From Fimbriimonadia bacterium (lineage in GTDB: Bacteria; Armatimonadota; Fimbriimonadia; Fimbriimonadales; JABRVX01), in NCBI GenBank assembly GCA_041483895.1, contig JBGPGO010000001.1, positions 460,583 to 524,582 on the forward strand: DNA of 64,000 nt. Direction: 5' to 3'. Position 1 is the stretch's first letter; each line of letters starts with the position of its first letter. The notes under the pieces were generated by a model. It worked only from the letters and a program-made list of their open reading frames with translations, ran no database searches and was not told where the DNA came from. A program made the translations under genes and the position numbers. Positions 1 to 9,648 of the stretch are shown in pieces.

Positions 1-557
1 GGGAGCGCTGGGAAGGGACGATTGAATACACGTTCATGGCCCCCGTTTCCCGCGCCGCGCACATCTTCGGCATGAGCATCTACGCGATCGTCTATTCGCT
101 TTGCCGGGCCGGGGCGACGCTAGGCATTGTTGTGCTGACGTTCAGCATCGGGTTTCATAACGCCAACTGGCTTGCCGCGTTCATTGTCCTCTTAACGGCG
201 ACGGCGTCGTTTGTGGGCATCGGGATCATGGTCTCCGTGCTCCCGCTGCTCGCACCGGAAAAAGGACAGATGATCGTAGGCGCTGTCGAAGGCGGCATGC
301 TGCTGGTGTCGGGTGTTTACTACCCGATCAGCGTCCTGCCGACATGGATGCAATACGTTGCGAAGCTGTCCCCGGCCACCTATACGCTGGAGGGGATCCG
401 GGCGGCGCTGATCAAGGGAGCGGGCCTGACGGAACTCGCGCCGCAACTGATGATCCTGGCTCTGATGGGAGTGCTCTTTATCCCGCTCGGGCTGTATCTA
501 TTCGGCGTGGCCGAGATCTATTGCAAGCGGACGGGGCGATTGAAGCGCAGCGGCTAG
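1..557 (+). CDS. ABC-2 type transporter permease (5' truncated by window edge)
   Basis: Frame open from position 3 (ERWEGTIEYTFMAP); multiple TM segments; SGVYYPISVLPTWMQ..LSPATY motif typical of ABC-2 permeases. Confidence 0.85.
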   Translation, partial: ERWEGTIEYTFMAPVSRAAHIFGMSIYAIVYSLCRAGATLGIVVLTFSIGFHNANWLAAFIVLLTATASFVGIGIMVSVLPLLAPEKGQMIVGAVEGGMLLVSGVYYPISVLPTWMQYVAKLSPATYTLEGIRAALIKGAGLTELAPQLMILALMGVLFIPLGLYLFGVAEIYCKRTGRLKRSG

Positions 558-616
558 CCAGCAATGGCAGCCGCTCGCCTTCAGTTTCTACGATCCAATT
601 CGCTAGAATGGAACTC

Positions 617-988
617 ATGAACGTAATCTCAAAGTTGTCGCGCCAATGGAGAGCTTTATTTTTCCCATCTACATTCCCAGCGGGAAAGCTTCCGGATGAA
701 TTTGAGAGACTCAAGGAAGTTCTCGGCGTTATCGGTGGTATGTCACAGGATGAGGAAGTGGAATCGACCAAACTGCTATCGGATTCAATAAGGCATCTAT
801 CCCTTAGTCAGTTGAAGGAGCTACGCAAAGAGATCGACGACTTACAGGCGAGAGAGCCCTTTCCTATCGACGCGCTTGAGAACGAACTCACTGTGACCTT
901 CGCCTCGGCAGCCAAAGGGTATGAATGGCTTCGACAATTTCGGGGCCAGGTTGAAAAGCGTCTCGCCGATAATTGGCCTGGTCGTTGA
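617..988 (+). CDS. hypothetical protein
   Basis: AT-richer ORF between convergent genes; TAGAAT -10 box 7 nt before ATG 617 (alternative ATG 608). Confidence 0.55.
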   Translation: MNVISKLSRQWRALFFPSTFPAGKLPDEFERLKEVLGVIGGMSQDEEVESTKLLSDSIRHLSLSQLKELRKEIDDLQAREPFPIDALENELTVTFASAAKGYEWLRQFRGQVEKRLADNWPGR

Positions 989-1026
989 GATACGAAAACA
1001 CTTGCATTTCATCGACGATCGCATCG

Positions 1027-2058
1027 TCAACATTCTGACAACAGACCCCATCGCAGGCCGCGGACGGAGACCCGAATTGTCTCGACTTTGAGCAGGTACA
1101 TGCACCGCTCGAGGATGAGCGCGCCGGCATGGATCATCGGTCCTCTGCCGGATTCCATGCCGGGGAAGGCCTGCCGCTCGTCCGCCGAGAGTCGGCATAA
1201 CACGCCGGCGTTCTTCCCTACCCATTCATAGTCCAGCTCGGCGCCATGCACCGCGTCCGGATTGAAATCCAATCCCCGGCGAATCGAGGCGAGATTGACG
1301 CCCGTTGCGCCGATAGTCACAACCATGGAGGGCTCTATCTTGGAGGGCTCCGCTCTGTCGGAGCCGGATTTGGGAGGCGTACTTTCGGCTCCGATGGAAC
1401 GGAGCCCTCCAAGGCATTCATCGATATATTTGAAGGCGCGGAAGATGGCGGCCTCGTCGCATGGACCGTAGCCGAGAACGTCTTGGATGAGACGTAGCGA
1501 TCCGATGGGATGGCTGACCGCGCTGTCGGCGGTCGAAAACTCGGTCGATGCTCCACCGATATCGACCACCGTCAATATCGGCGTATTGCCAAACGCCGGA
1601 TCCTCCGCCACGGAAAGGAACCCGTATCGGGCCTCTTCTTCCCCGGTCAGAACGCGGATGCGTATCCCTTCATGCAGCAAGGGGCGCTCCAATTCGGAGC
1701 GGTTTTGCGCGCTTCTCACCGCTTGTGTTCCCACAACCGTCACGCGATCCGCGCCATGCAAGTGTGCGGCGCGATGAAGATGAATCACGGCCTCGGCGGT
1801 GCGTCGCATGGATTCGGGCGAGAGGGTGATGGCAGGCGGCTCCGTTGGAACGGAGCCCTCCAAAGAAGAGCCCTCCAAAGAAGAGCCCTCCAGAACGGAG
1901 CCCACTAAGAGCGGCTCCGACGGAGCGGAGCCCTCCAAGAGACGGGTGATCACGCATTCTTCCCACACGCGGCGCCAAGGAGTGTCGTCCTCGCGTTCCG
2001 CCACCAAGCCGAGCACGGAGGTGGACCCGACGTCAATCACACCGGTCCGGCGAAGCAT
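1027..2058 (-). CDS. ppx: Ppx/GppA exopolyphosphatase family protein with two in-frame repeat insertions
   Basis: VIDVGSTS, GTQAVRSAQN, EEARYGF, DIGGASTE, VSVRGLRWG motifs. Confidence 0.85.
   Translation of the reverse strand: MLRRTGVIDVGSTSVLGLVAEREDDTPWRRVWEECVITRLLEGSAPSEPLLVGSVLEGSSLEGSSLEGSVPTEPPAITLSPESMRRTAEAVIHLHRAAHLHGADRVTVVGTQAVRSAQNRSELERPLLHEGIRIRVLTGEEEARYGFLSVAEDPAFGNTPILTVVDIGGASTEFSTADSAVSHPIGSLRLIQDVLGYGPCDEAAIFRAFKYIDECLGGLRSIGAESTPPKSGSDRAEPSKIEPSMVVTIGATGVNLASIRRGLDFNPDAVHGAELDYEWVGKNAGVLCRLSADERQAFPGMESGRGPMIHAGALILERCMYLLKVETIRVSVRGLRWGLLSEC
1327..1410. repeat. GGAG-footed REP-like inverted pair inside ppx
   Basis: ggagggctccgctctgtcggagccg (1342-1366) and inverted cggctccgatggaacggagccctcc (1386-1410), plus partial copy at 1327. 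Confidence 0.85.
1837..1936. repeat. GGAG-footed REP-like cluster inside ppx
   Basis: Full copies at 1837-1861 and 1912-1936 separated by 15-bp tandem partials aaagaagagccctcc. Confidence 0.85.
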
Positions 2059-2961
2059 CTAACGGATGTTGTTTCGCGCGACGATGTTGTCGGGATCGGT
2101 TTCCAGAACGCGCAGAAATTCCGCTTGGGCCGCCAAGGGCTGATCCGAATCGCGGAAAGTGACAGCCAAGTGCAATCGGGCCTCCACATAGTTCGGGTTG
2201 ACTTCCAGCGCCTGGTTGAACTGCTGAATGCTCTGCTCGACTTTCCCCAACGCATGCAGCGCGAGACCGTAATGGCATCGCAAGTCGGCGAATTTTGGCT
2301 TGATCGCCAGTGCCTTCTCGTACTCTTCCGCCGCCTGTTGGTAGAGGCCCTTCTTGTACAGACCATCCGCTAACCGGGCATGGGACATCACGTCGTCCAG
2401 CGCCTCGGGAATCGACTCCAGCGCCACCATCGCCGTCTCATGTTCGCCGCTTTCGGATAGACCCTTGGCCCGTTCATAGCGGTCGTTGCGGAGCGAAGGA
2501 TCGAGGGAGATCGCCTGCTCCGCGCGCTTCAATCCGCTCTCATATTCACCCTGTTGGTAGGCCTGGATGCCCTGCTCCAAAATCGCTTTGGCGAACTTGG
2601 GATTTAGGACCAAAGCCTCCGCGATATGGCCCTGCGCGACCTCGATGTCGCCGGCCTTGCGAGCCGCGACCGCCAGATAGTAGTGCAGGTCCGGATAGTT
2701 GGGGTGGATTTCCAGCGCGCTCACAAACTGCTTTGCCGCAGCCGAATAATCGTTGCGCTTAAGAGCCTGTTGCCCGAGCTGAGAATAGGCCTCGGCGCTG
2801 TAGAATTTCGCCAGCCGAGTGACCATCGAATCCTGCGGCTTCTGCAGAACCGCCACGAAGAGATCGATGGCCTCCTGATAGTTGCCCTCGTCGTAATATC
2901 GAATGGCGCGATCGTAGTTCTCATCGCGGCCATAGCCCATCATGCGTCCGACTACCGACAT
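2059..2961 (-). CDS. tetratricopeptide repeat protein
   Basis: Repeated ALxxxPxY/F-AD-x-H/Y-x-LG/LA TPR pattern. Confidence 0.9.
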   Translation of the reverse strand: MSVVGRMMGYGRDENYDRAIRYYDEGNYQEAIDLFVAVLQKPQDSMVTRLAKFYSAEAYSQLGQQALKRNDYSAAAKQFVSALEIHPNYPDLHYYLAVAARKAGDIEVAQGHIAEALVLNPKFAKAILEQGIQAYQQGEYESGLKRAEQAISLDPSLRNDRYERAKGLSESGEHETAMVALESIPEALDDVMSHARLADGLYKKGLYQQAAEEYEKALAIKPKFADLRCHYGLALHALGKVEQSIQQFNQALEVNPNYVEARLHLAVTFRDSDQPLAAQAEFLRVLETDPDNIVARNNIR

Positions 2962-2982
2962 TTTCGTCCCTCCGATTTGGGG

Positions 2983-4281
2983 TTACGAGGCAGCGCGACC
3001 GATGCCATAGTACTCGAAACCCGCCTTGCTCGCCCGCGCCGGGTCATAAATGTTGCGGCCGTCGAACAGATAGGGCCGCCGGACAATGGCGCGGAGCCGC
3101 TCAAGATTGAGCTGCTTGAATTCATTCCATTCCGTAACGATGAGCACGGCGTCCGCACCCTCCGCCGCTTCGTACGCGTTGGCGCAGTAGGTGATCTCCG
3201 GATAGAGTTTGCGGAAGTTCTCCGTCGCGACCGCATCGTAGGCACGGATCTTCGCCCCGTCCGCCAGGAGCATTTTCACGATCTCGATCGATTTCGCATC
3301 GCGCAGGTCGTCCGTGTTGGGTTTGAATGCCAGTCCGAGCACGGCAATCGTCGCGCCATCGAGGGTGCCGAGGCGCTGACGCACCTTGTTCACAAACCGT
3401 ATCGGCTGGTCTACGTTGATGCGGTAGGTCTCTTCCAAAAGCTCCAGCGGATAGTCCAGTTTTCGGGCGGTGCTGATCAGGCCCAAAACATCTTTCGGGA
3501 AGCAGCTTCCGCCCCATCCCAGCCCCGCGTTTAGGAATGCGGAACCGATGCGATTATCGTAGCCCATCCCTTTGCTGACCTGCATCACGTCCGCGCCGCA
3601 CTCCTCGCACAGATTGGCGATGGCGTTGATGAAGCTGATCTTCATCGCGAGGAAGCAGTTGGAGGCGTATTTGATGATTTCCGCGCTGGCAAGGTCGGTG
3701 ATCAGCATCGGGCGCTCGATCGGCGCGTACAGCTCCACCAGCTTGTTCGCGGCTTCTCGGCGAGAGGAGCCGATGACGATTCGATCTGGGCACAGCGTAT
3801 CGTGGATGGCCGAGCCCTCGCGAAGGAATTCGGGATTGGAAACCACATCAAAACTGTCCGGTCTCGCCCCGCCGGCGAGCAGCAGATCGCGCACCCAATC
3901 GCCCGTTCCTACCGGCACTGTGGATTTGTTGACGACGACGGTGTAGTGATCGATGTTCGGGCCGATCTGTTTCGCGACCGCCTCGACCTGACTGAGGTCG
4001 GGTACGCCGTCCTCGCCCGACGGGGTGCCGACCGCAATGAACACCACATCCGCCCAGCGAACGGCGTCGGCCAACTCCGTTGTGAAGACGAGCCGGTTCT
4101 CCGCCAGGCCACGCGTGATCAGCTCGTCAATCCCCGGTTCATAGATCGGGGACTTCCCTTTTCGGAGCATGTCGATCTTCGCCGCGTCCTTATCGATGCA
4201 GCGGACTTCGTTGCCGAGGTCCGCAAAAACAACTCCGGTCACAAGACCGACATAGCCGGTGCCAACGACGCAAATATTCAT
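2983..4281 (-). CDS. ugd: UDP-glucose 6-dehydrogenase
   Basis: GTGYVG, NKSTVPVGT, SNPEFLREG, GWGGSCFPKD, LAFKPNTDD motifs. Confidence 0.95.
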   Translation of the reverse strand: MNICVVGTGYVGLVTGVVFADLGNEVRCIDKDAAKIDMLRKGKSPIYEPGIDELITRGLAENRLVFTTELADAVRWADVVFIAVGTPSGEDGVPDLSQVEAVAKQIGPNIDHYTVVVNKSTVPVGTGDWVRDLLLAGGARPDSFDVVSNPEFLREGSAIHDTLCPDRIVIGSSRREAANKLVELYAPIERPMLITDLASAEIIKYASNCFLAMKISFINAIANLCEECGADVMQVSKGMGYDNRIGSAFLNAGLGWGGSCFPKDVLGLISTARKLDYPLELLEETYRINVDQPIRFVNKVRQRLGTLDGATIAVLGLAFKPNTDDLRDAKSIEIVKMLLADGAKIRAYDAVATENFRKLYPEITYCANAYEAAEGADAVLIVTEWNEFKQLNLERLRAIVRRPYLFDGRNIYDPARASKAGFEYYGIGRAAS

Positions 4282-4335
4282 GGATTACTCTAGTTTTCGG
4301 CAGATTCTTGCCTGAATTGGACCCTGATGAACCCT

Positions 4336-4365
4336 TTACGGCATGGTACCGCTTACCAGGCGGCT
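4336..4365 (-). repeat. copy 3 of rseP 3'-terminal 30 bp (att-like)
   Basis: minus strand agc cgc ctg gta agc ggt acc atg ccg taa = SRLVSGTMP*. Confidence 0.9.
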
Positions 4366-4383
4366 ATTGCCTACGAGACCGGG

Positions 4384-5142
4384 CTACCGATGAACCTTGA
4401 GCGGCGGGTGCGGTGGACCGCCAAATGCGATGCCGCTGTATGGCGGAATACTGAGTATTTCGGATGGGTATAGCCAACGGACCTTTTTCAAAGGGACGCT
4501 CGCGGGAAGGCAGTAAACGCGAACCTCCAGAAGGTATCGCCCAACCTGCTGGAGCGTCGCCTTGTCTTTGAGCGACAAAAGCGGCGCGAGCTTCGCAGTT
4601 GGAATCAGGCTTGCGGGAAATTCCACCTCGATCTCCGATCCCTGGACGCGCAACTTCCCGGCGGCGAGAACCTTCGCTGTATAAGATCGGCTGTCCTTTG
4701 ACATCTGGCCGCGGACGATCGCGGCCTGGTTTGGATCAAGTGACGCTGCCGAACCATAGGAACCGGATACCACGCCGACGATCTTCGTCTCCGTTTGACG
4801 ATCCTTGGGCGGGAACACGTCGCCGAGGAATATTTCGACCCAAAAGAATCCTTGCGACCCCTTCGGTATCTCCGCGCCCATCTGGAAGATGAATTTGACG
4901 GTATCGCCCTGAGAAATCAATGTTAGCACGCGCAGGTCCGCGTAAGCGGGGGCTTTGAATTCGACAGGTCCCTGATCGCTGTCCGCAGGCCAATATTCAA
5001 CTTGCGCATGCGGAACGTCACAATTCCAAGAATTCTTCTTGTTTGTCTCCGCTTGCTGCTCAGGCGCCACCGAGGCGAAAGCGAGTCGTATCCCCAGAAC
5101 GCCCACCACCCCAACGACCAACGAGCGACGATAGCGCTTCAT
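4384..5142 (-). CDS. secreted protein of unknown function, paralog B
   Basis: Signal peptide MKRYRRSLVVGVVGVLGIRLAFA; RBS gaggag; aligns end to end with 5200-5952. Confidence 0.8.
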   Translation of the reverse strand: MKRYRRSLVVGVVGVLGIRLAFASVAPEQQAETNKKNSWNCDVPHAQVEYWPADSDQGPVEFKAPAYADLRVLTLISQGDTVKFIFQMGAEIPKGSQGFFWVEIFLGDVFPPKDRQTETKIVGVVSGSYGSAASLDPNQAAIVRGQMSKDSRSYTAKVLAAGKLRVQGSEIEVEFPASLIPTAKLAPLLSLKDKATLQQVGRYLLEVRVYCLPASVPLKKVRWLYPSEILSIPPYSGIAFGGPPHPPLKVHR

Positions 5143-5150
5143 TTCCCCTC

Positions 5151-5180
5151 CTACGGCATGGTACCGCTAACCAGGCGAGT
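5151..5180 (-). repeat. copy 2 of rseP 3'-terminal 30 bp (att-like)
   Basis: minus strand act cgc ctg gtt agc ggt acc atg ccg tag = TRLVSGTMP*. Confidence 0.9.
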
Positions 5181-5199
5181 AAATAATATCCAGAGAGGG

Positions 5200-5952
5200 T
5201 TATCGCTTCGGTCCGCTTGCGTTTCGGGCCTTCAGCGGGGGATGTTCGGGACCGCCGAGCAGTATGCCGCTGTAGGGAGGAATGCAGATATCGTCGGTCC
5301 GATAGACCCAGCGGACCGAATCCGTTGGGATGCTGGCGGGCAGGCAATACACGCGCGCCTCAAGCAGGTAACGGCCCAGTTCCTTCCAATTGCCCATGCC
5401 TTTCACATTGAACAGCGAGATAAGTTTTTGCGGAGGTATTTCGGTGGCTGGGAATTCCAGCTCCACCTTTGATCCCTGAATTTGCATAGTGGCCACGCTC
5501 AGCACGCTGGCGCTATAACTTTTCCCGTCAGGCGCGGGGCGGCCGAGGACGATGGCCGTTTGGCCTGCGTTCAAGGCAGGCTCGGATCCGTAAGAACCTA
5601 ACACCACAGCGACGATTTTCTTATGCGGAGTTCGGTCCCAATAAGGAAAAACGTCGAAGAGGTCGATCTCGAACCAGAGTTGGTCCGTTGCATCTTTGGG
5701 AATGGGTGCTGCCATTTGAAGCACAAATTTGACGGATTCGCTGCTCGCGCTTACGGTGAGAATTCGTAAGTCCGCGTAGCTCGGAGCTGCCACTTCGACC
5801 GGAGCGTAATCTTTCCCCTTGGCAAGATAACTCACCCATGGGGACCCGCATCTTCGAGCCCAAGAAATATGCTGCGTGTCTCCAGGCGTTTGGATGCCGG
5901 ACGAGAATAAGCGTGCGACCGATGCCATCGCCATTAGGATTGAAAAGCTCAT
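5200..5952 (-). CDS. secreted protein of unknown function, paralog A
   Basis: GGAGG 8 nt before ATG 5952; hydrophobic N-terminus; shares YADLR.LT, DVFP, RVYCLPAS, IPPYSGI..GGP.HPPLK with paralog B. Confidence 0.8.
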   Translation of the reverse strand: MSFSILMAMASVARLFSSGIQTPGDTQHISWARRCGSPWVSYLAKGKDYAPVEVAAPSYADLRILTVSASSESVKFVLQMAAPIPKDATDQLWFEIDLFDVFPYWDRTPHKKIVAVVLGSYGSEPALNAGQTAIVLGRPAPDGKSYSASVLSVATMQIQGSKVELEFPATEIPPQKLISLFNVKGMGNWKELGRYLLEARVYCLPASIPTDSVRWVYRTDDICIPPYSGILLGGPEHPPLKARNASGPKR

Positions 5953-6029
5953 GACGAGGACCTCCATACTGACAAGTAATAGCCGATTGACGATTCGTAC
6001 GAAATCATCATTACTCAGCCTTTGTACGC

Positions 6030-6058
6030 AGTTTAGCGATCTCTGGGTGCCTTGTCAA
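6030..6058 (-). promoter_or_regulatory. sigma70-type promoter for the cassette genes
   Basis: TTGACA (6058-6053), 17-nt spacer, TAAACT (6035-6030). Confidence 0.7.
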
Positions 6059-6094
6059 GCGCGGGAGACCACAAATTCCGTATAACTCGCGCCG

Positions 6095-7165
6095 CTACGG
6101 CATGGTACCGCTAACGAGGCGGGTGATGTCCAGGGTCATGACGAGTAGGAAGATGGCGGCGAGAATGACGAGGCCGGCCGCTTGGATTCTCATCTGCGCC
6201 GCCGCCGAGAAACGCCGTCCGCCCCGCAGGAATTCCACAAAATACAGAAACAGGTGCCCGCCGTCCAGCACTGGGATCGGCAGCAGGTTGATCACGCCCA
6301 GCGATAGGCTGAGCTGGCCAGCCAGCGATAGCACCTCGGCGAATCCGCGCTGCGATGCCTGAGATGTGACGCTGACGATAGCCACGGGACCCCCGATGCT
6401 CTCAAATGCGAACTTGCTGGTGAGCGTTCCCACAAGAAGCATGATGTTCCCGCCGAATTCCGCAGTCGCCGTCGAGACCGAGCCGGCGACCCCAACGCGC
6501 TTGCGCTCCATGTCCGGCATGCAGAAAATGCGCCCGATCTGTATCTTCTTCGGCCGCAGCGGATCGGAAATGTCGGGAACCGTGTCCTTCTCCGGCACGA
6601 CAATCGTGCTGAACTGTTCCCCCTTGCGCTCCAGCGTCAATTGGATCGGCCGGTCAACGCTCATATGGATGCGCTCAGCCAGTTGATCCCACTTCGTTAC
6701 AGGCTCCCCCTCGATGGCAAGGACTCGATCCCCATCGCGGATGCCCGCATTCCATGCAACCTTATCCTTTTGCACCGTGCCAAAGGTCGGGGGTTCTGTC
6801 AGCGTCATGATTCCGTAAGTCGTGCCGACGACGATGAAGAGTATGTATCCGAGGAGAAGGCTCATGAAAGGCCCGGCAAGAATGACGATCGCGCGCTTGA
6901 ATAGCGGCGCATCCTGGAACGCCCGTTCTTCCGGAGCGTAGTCCCCTGGCGCCATCCCGTGTATGGCCACGAACCCGCCGATCGGCCATGGACCGACGCT
7001 GAACTCGGTATCCCCCCACTGCCCAAGCCGGATGAATGATTTGCCAAAGCCGACCTGGAACCTGTCCGCGCGCACATTGGCCCAGCGGGCAGCGAAAAAG
7101 TGCCCTAGCTCGTGAACGATGACGAGCAGGAAGAATATGAATAGGACGTTGATTACTGTAAGCAA
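6095..7165 (-). CDS. rseP: RIP intramembrane zinc metalloprotease RseP (M50, PDZ)
   Basis: HELGH and NLLPIPVLDGG motifs, PDZ domain, downstream of dxr; TTG start overlapping dxr end. Confidence 0.93.
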   Translation of the reverse strand: MLTVINVLFIFFLLVIVHELGHFFAARWANVRADRFQVGFGKSFIRLGQWGDTEFSVGPWPIGGFVAIHGMAPGDYAPEERAFQDAPLFKRAIVILAGPFMSLLLGYILFIVVGTTYGIMTLTEPPTFGTVQKDKVAWNAGIRDGDRVLAIEGEPVTKWDQLAERIHMSVDRPIQLTLERKGEQFSTIVVPEKDTVPDISDPLRPKKIQIGRIFCMPDMERKRVGVAGSVSTATAEFGGNIMLLVGTLTSKFAFESIGGPVAIVSVTSQASQRGFAEVLSLAGQLSLSLGVINLLPIPVLDGGHLFLYFVEFLRGGRRFSAAAQMRIQAAGLVILAAIFLLVMTLDITRLVSGTMP

Positions 7166-8304
7166 GCGCCCACCGTTTCCGTTTTTGCTTTGGCCGCGTC
7201 TCGCGCCCATATGTCAGCGGCAATGACCGCCTCCAGTGTAGCTTCCACAGGCGGATGGTCGGCCATGACTGATTCTAGAATACGGGGAATGTCCATGAAT
7301 GTTATCTTTCCATCTAAGAACATCGGTACCAACGCCTCATTCGCTCCGTTCAATACCGCCGGCATCGTACCTCCGGCCTCCAATGCCTCGTAGGCAAGGC
7401 GGAGACACGGGAAAGCGTTTTCGTCTACAGGCTCGAGCGATAGGCTGTAAGATTTGCTGAAATCAAATCTCTCCAGACCGGTATCTTGCCTTTCCGGATG
7501 GAGCAAGGCCACTTGGATCGGCATCCGCATGTCCGGGTAGCCAAGCTGAGCCAACATCGACCCATCGACGAATTGGACGATGGAGTGCAGGATGCTTTGC
7601 GGGTGGACGACAACTTCGATCTTCTCCGGCGGGAGGCCAAAAAGCCAATGCGCTTCGATCACTTCCAGTCCCTTGTTCATCAGCGTGGCCGAATCGATGG
7701 TGATTTTTGGTCCCATGCGCCATGTGGGATGGGCCAGCGCCATGTCGGGAGTCACGGTTGCCAGTTGGTCTCGCGTCCAGCCGCGGAACGGTCCGCCGGA
7801 GGCAGTCAGAATGACCTGATCAAGATTGTCCCGGCCCCGTCCATCGAGGCATTGGAAGATCGCGCTATGCTCGCTGTCGATCGGCAGAAGCTGGTCTTGG
7901 CGCGTGATTGCTCGGGTCACGGCCTGGCCGGCGGCGACCAGCACCTCTTTGCTGGCGAGGGCGATGGTCTTTCCTCTTTGCAAAGCAATCAGGGTCGGCT
8001 TCAGTCCAATCATGCCGGAAACGCTGACGACGAGCATGTCGTAATCGGCTTCTCCCGCCATCTCGGCCATCGCGTCGGGTCCCACCAGAGCGCGGCAACC
8101 ATCCGGCAGACCGTCGAGCGTAGCGCCCTGAGTCAAAGCCGCATAGGAAGCGCGCCATTTTCGAGCCTGCTCCGCCACGAGATCGGCATTCCGCGCGGCC
8201 GCCAATCCGACTACTTCAATCTGTCCCCCCAGGCGCTCGCATACGTCGAGGACCTGGCGGCCAATCGAACCCGTTGATCCGAGCAACAGGATGCGCTTAG
8301 CCAC
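7153..8304 (-). CDS. dxr: 1-deoxy-D-xylulose-5-phosphate reductoisomerase
   Basis: LGSTGSIG, LPIDSEHSAIFQ, LTASGGPFR, KITIDSATLMNKGLE. Confidence 0.97.
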   Translation of the reverse strand: MAKRILLLGSTGSIGRQVLDVCERLGGQIEVVGLAAARNADLVAEQARKWRASYAALTQGATLDGLPDGCRALVGPDAMAEMAGEADYDMLVVSVSGMIGLKPTLIALQRGKTIALASKEVLVAAGQAVTRAITRQDQLLPIDSEHSAIFQCLDGRGRDNLDQVILTASGGPFRGWTRDQLATVTPDMALAHPTWRMGPKITIDSATLMNKGLEVIEAHWLFGLPPEKIEVVVHPQSILHSIVQFVDGSMLAQLGYPDMRMPIQVALLHPERQDTGLERFDFSKSYSLSLEPVDENAFPCLRLAYEALEAGGTMPAVLNGANEALVPMFLDGKITFMDIPRILESVMADHPPVEATLEAVIAADIWARDAAKAKTETVGACLQ

Positions 8305-9091
8305 GAGTCAGCCCGCCAAATTTGCGCGTCCGGTCTTGATAATCCAAGACCGCATCAAACATGGCTTCCTCTTTGAATTCCGGCCAGAGTGATTTCGATA
8401 TGTGGAGTTCGCAATATGCCGATTGCCAGAGCAAGAAGTTGCTCACGCGCAGGTCCCCACCGGTTCGGATCATGAGGTCCGGGTCCGGCAGATCGGGATG
8501 GTACAGCCTGCGCGCGATGTCCTGCTCCGTAACGGCCTCCGGCTCGATGGCCCCTTCCCGCACGTCCGCGGCAATCTTTCGCACCGCGTCCACGATCTCC
8601 GCCCGTCCACCGTAATTAATCGCTAGGTTGAACACCATGCGCGTATTGTCCTTCGTCGTCTCCGCGCCGATCGCTAATGCCTCTCGCAGGCCGGCGGGCA
8701 CTTCGTCCAACCTGCCGCTGGAGAGTACGCGCACGTTGTTCTGGTGGAGCACTCGGAGCTCATCCCGCGCCGCCCGCTCGATCAGCTTGAACAGCCCGGC
8801 CACTTCGTCATTCGGGCGTCGCCAATTCTCGGCGCTGAAAGCATAGACGGTGAGGACCTTGATTCCGAGATCAGCGGCGTCCAGCAGCACGCCGCGAAGA
8901 TTCTTGTATCCCTGGCGATGGCCGAACAGGCGGGGTTTGCCGCGCATTTGCGCCCATCGGCCGTTCCCGTCCATGATGATTGCGACGTGGACCGGCAGTC
9001 GGTCGAGGTCGATGCCGTGCCGCTCCGCGCGTTCTCGGATCGGGTTGTCGGTCGGGGGAAGCAGGCCGAGCATGCCCGCGCGGTCTCCCAC
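8297..9091 (-). CDS. uppS: undecaprenyl diphosphate synthase (start may be ATG 9073)
   Basis: HVAIIMDGNGRWA, AFSAENWRRP, NYGGR, DPDLMIRTGG..R.SNFLLWQ. Confidence 0.95.
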   Translation of the reverse strand: MGDRAGMLGLLPPTDNPIRERAERHGIDLDRLPVHVAIIMDGNGRWAQMRGKPRLFGHRQGYKNLRGVLLDAADLGIKVLTVYAFSAENWRRPNDEVAGLFKLIERAARDELRVLHQNNVRVLSSGRLDEVPAGLREALAIGAETTKDNTRMVFNLAINYGGRAEIVDAVRKIAADVREGAIEPEAVTEQDIARRLYHPDLPDPDLMIRTGGDLRVSNFLLWQSAYCELHISKSLWPEFKEEAMFDAVLDYQDRTRKFGGLTRG

Positions 9092-9648
9092 TAGACCTCC
9101 ATCAACTCCTCTTCCTTGGCCTTCTGAATATCGTGTATCTGCTCGACGTATTGATCGGTCAGCTTCTGCAGCTTTTGTTCAGCCCGCTTGAGATCGTCCT
9201 CGGACACCTCGTGATTCTTTTCCGACTGTTTCATGTGGTTGTGGGCATCGCGCCGGATGTTGCGAACCCCCACGCAGCCCTCTTCTGCCCGCGCGTGAAG
9301 CTGCTTTACCATATCCTTGCGGCGCTCCTCGGTCATCGCCGGGACGTTGAGCCGGATGCCGCTGCCATCGGTAATCGGGTTGATTCCAAGGTCGCTCTTT
9401 AGAATTGCCCGCTCAATGTTCGGCGTTGCCGATTTGTCATAAGGCGTGACGAGAAGCTGGCGCGGCTCCGGCACGCTGATATTCGCAACCTGATTAATTG
9501 GGGTCGGGGTGCCGTAATAGTCAACCATCACCCGTTCCAGCATTTGCGGGTTGGCCCGGCCGGTTCGCAGCCGCTGAAAGTCATGCCCGGCGGCCTCAAC
9601 CGCCTGCTGCATCTTCTGTTCCGCTTTGTGAAGCATATCGTCGATCAT
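9091..9648 (-). CDS. frr: ribosome recycling factor
   Basis: [28 protein letters not shown]; operon context. Confidence 0.97.
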   Translation of the reverse strand: MIDDMLHKAEQKMQQAVEAAGHDFQRLRTGRANPQMLERVMVDYYGTPTPINQVANISVPEPRQLLVTPYDKSATPNIERAILKSDLGINPITDGSGIRLNVPAMTEERRKDMVKQLHARAEEGCVGVRNIRRDAHNHMKQSEKNHEVSEDDLKRAEQKLQKLTDQYVEQIHDIQKAKEEELMEV

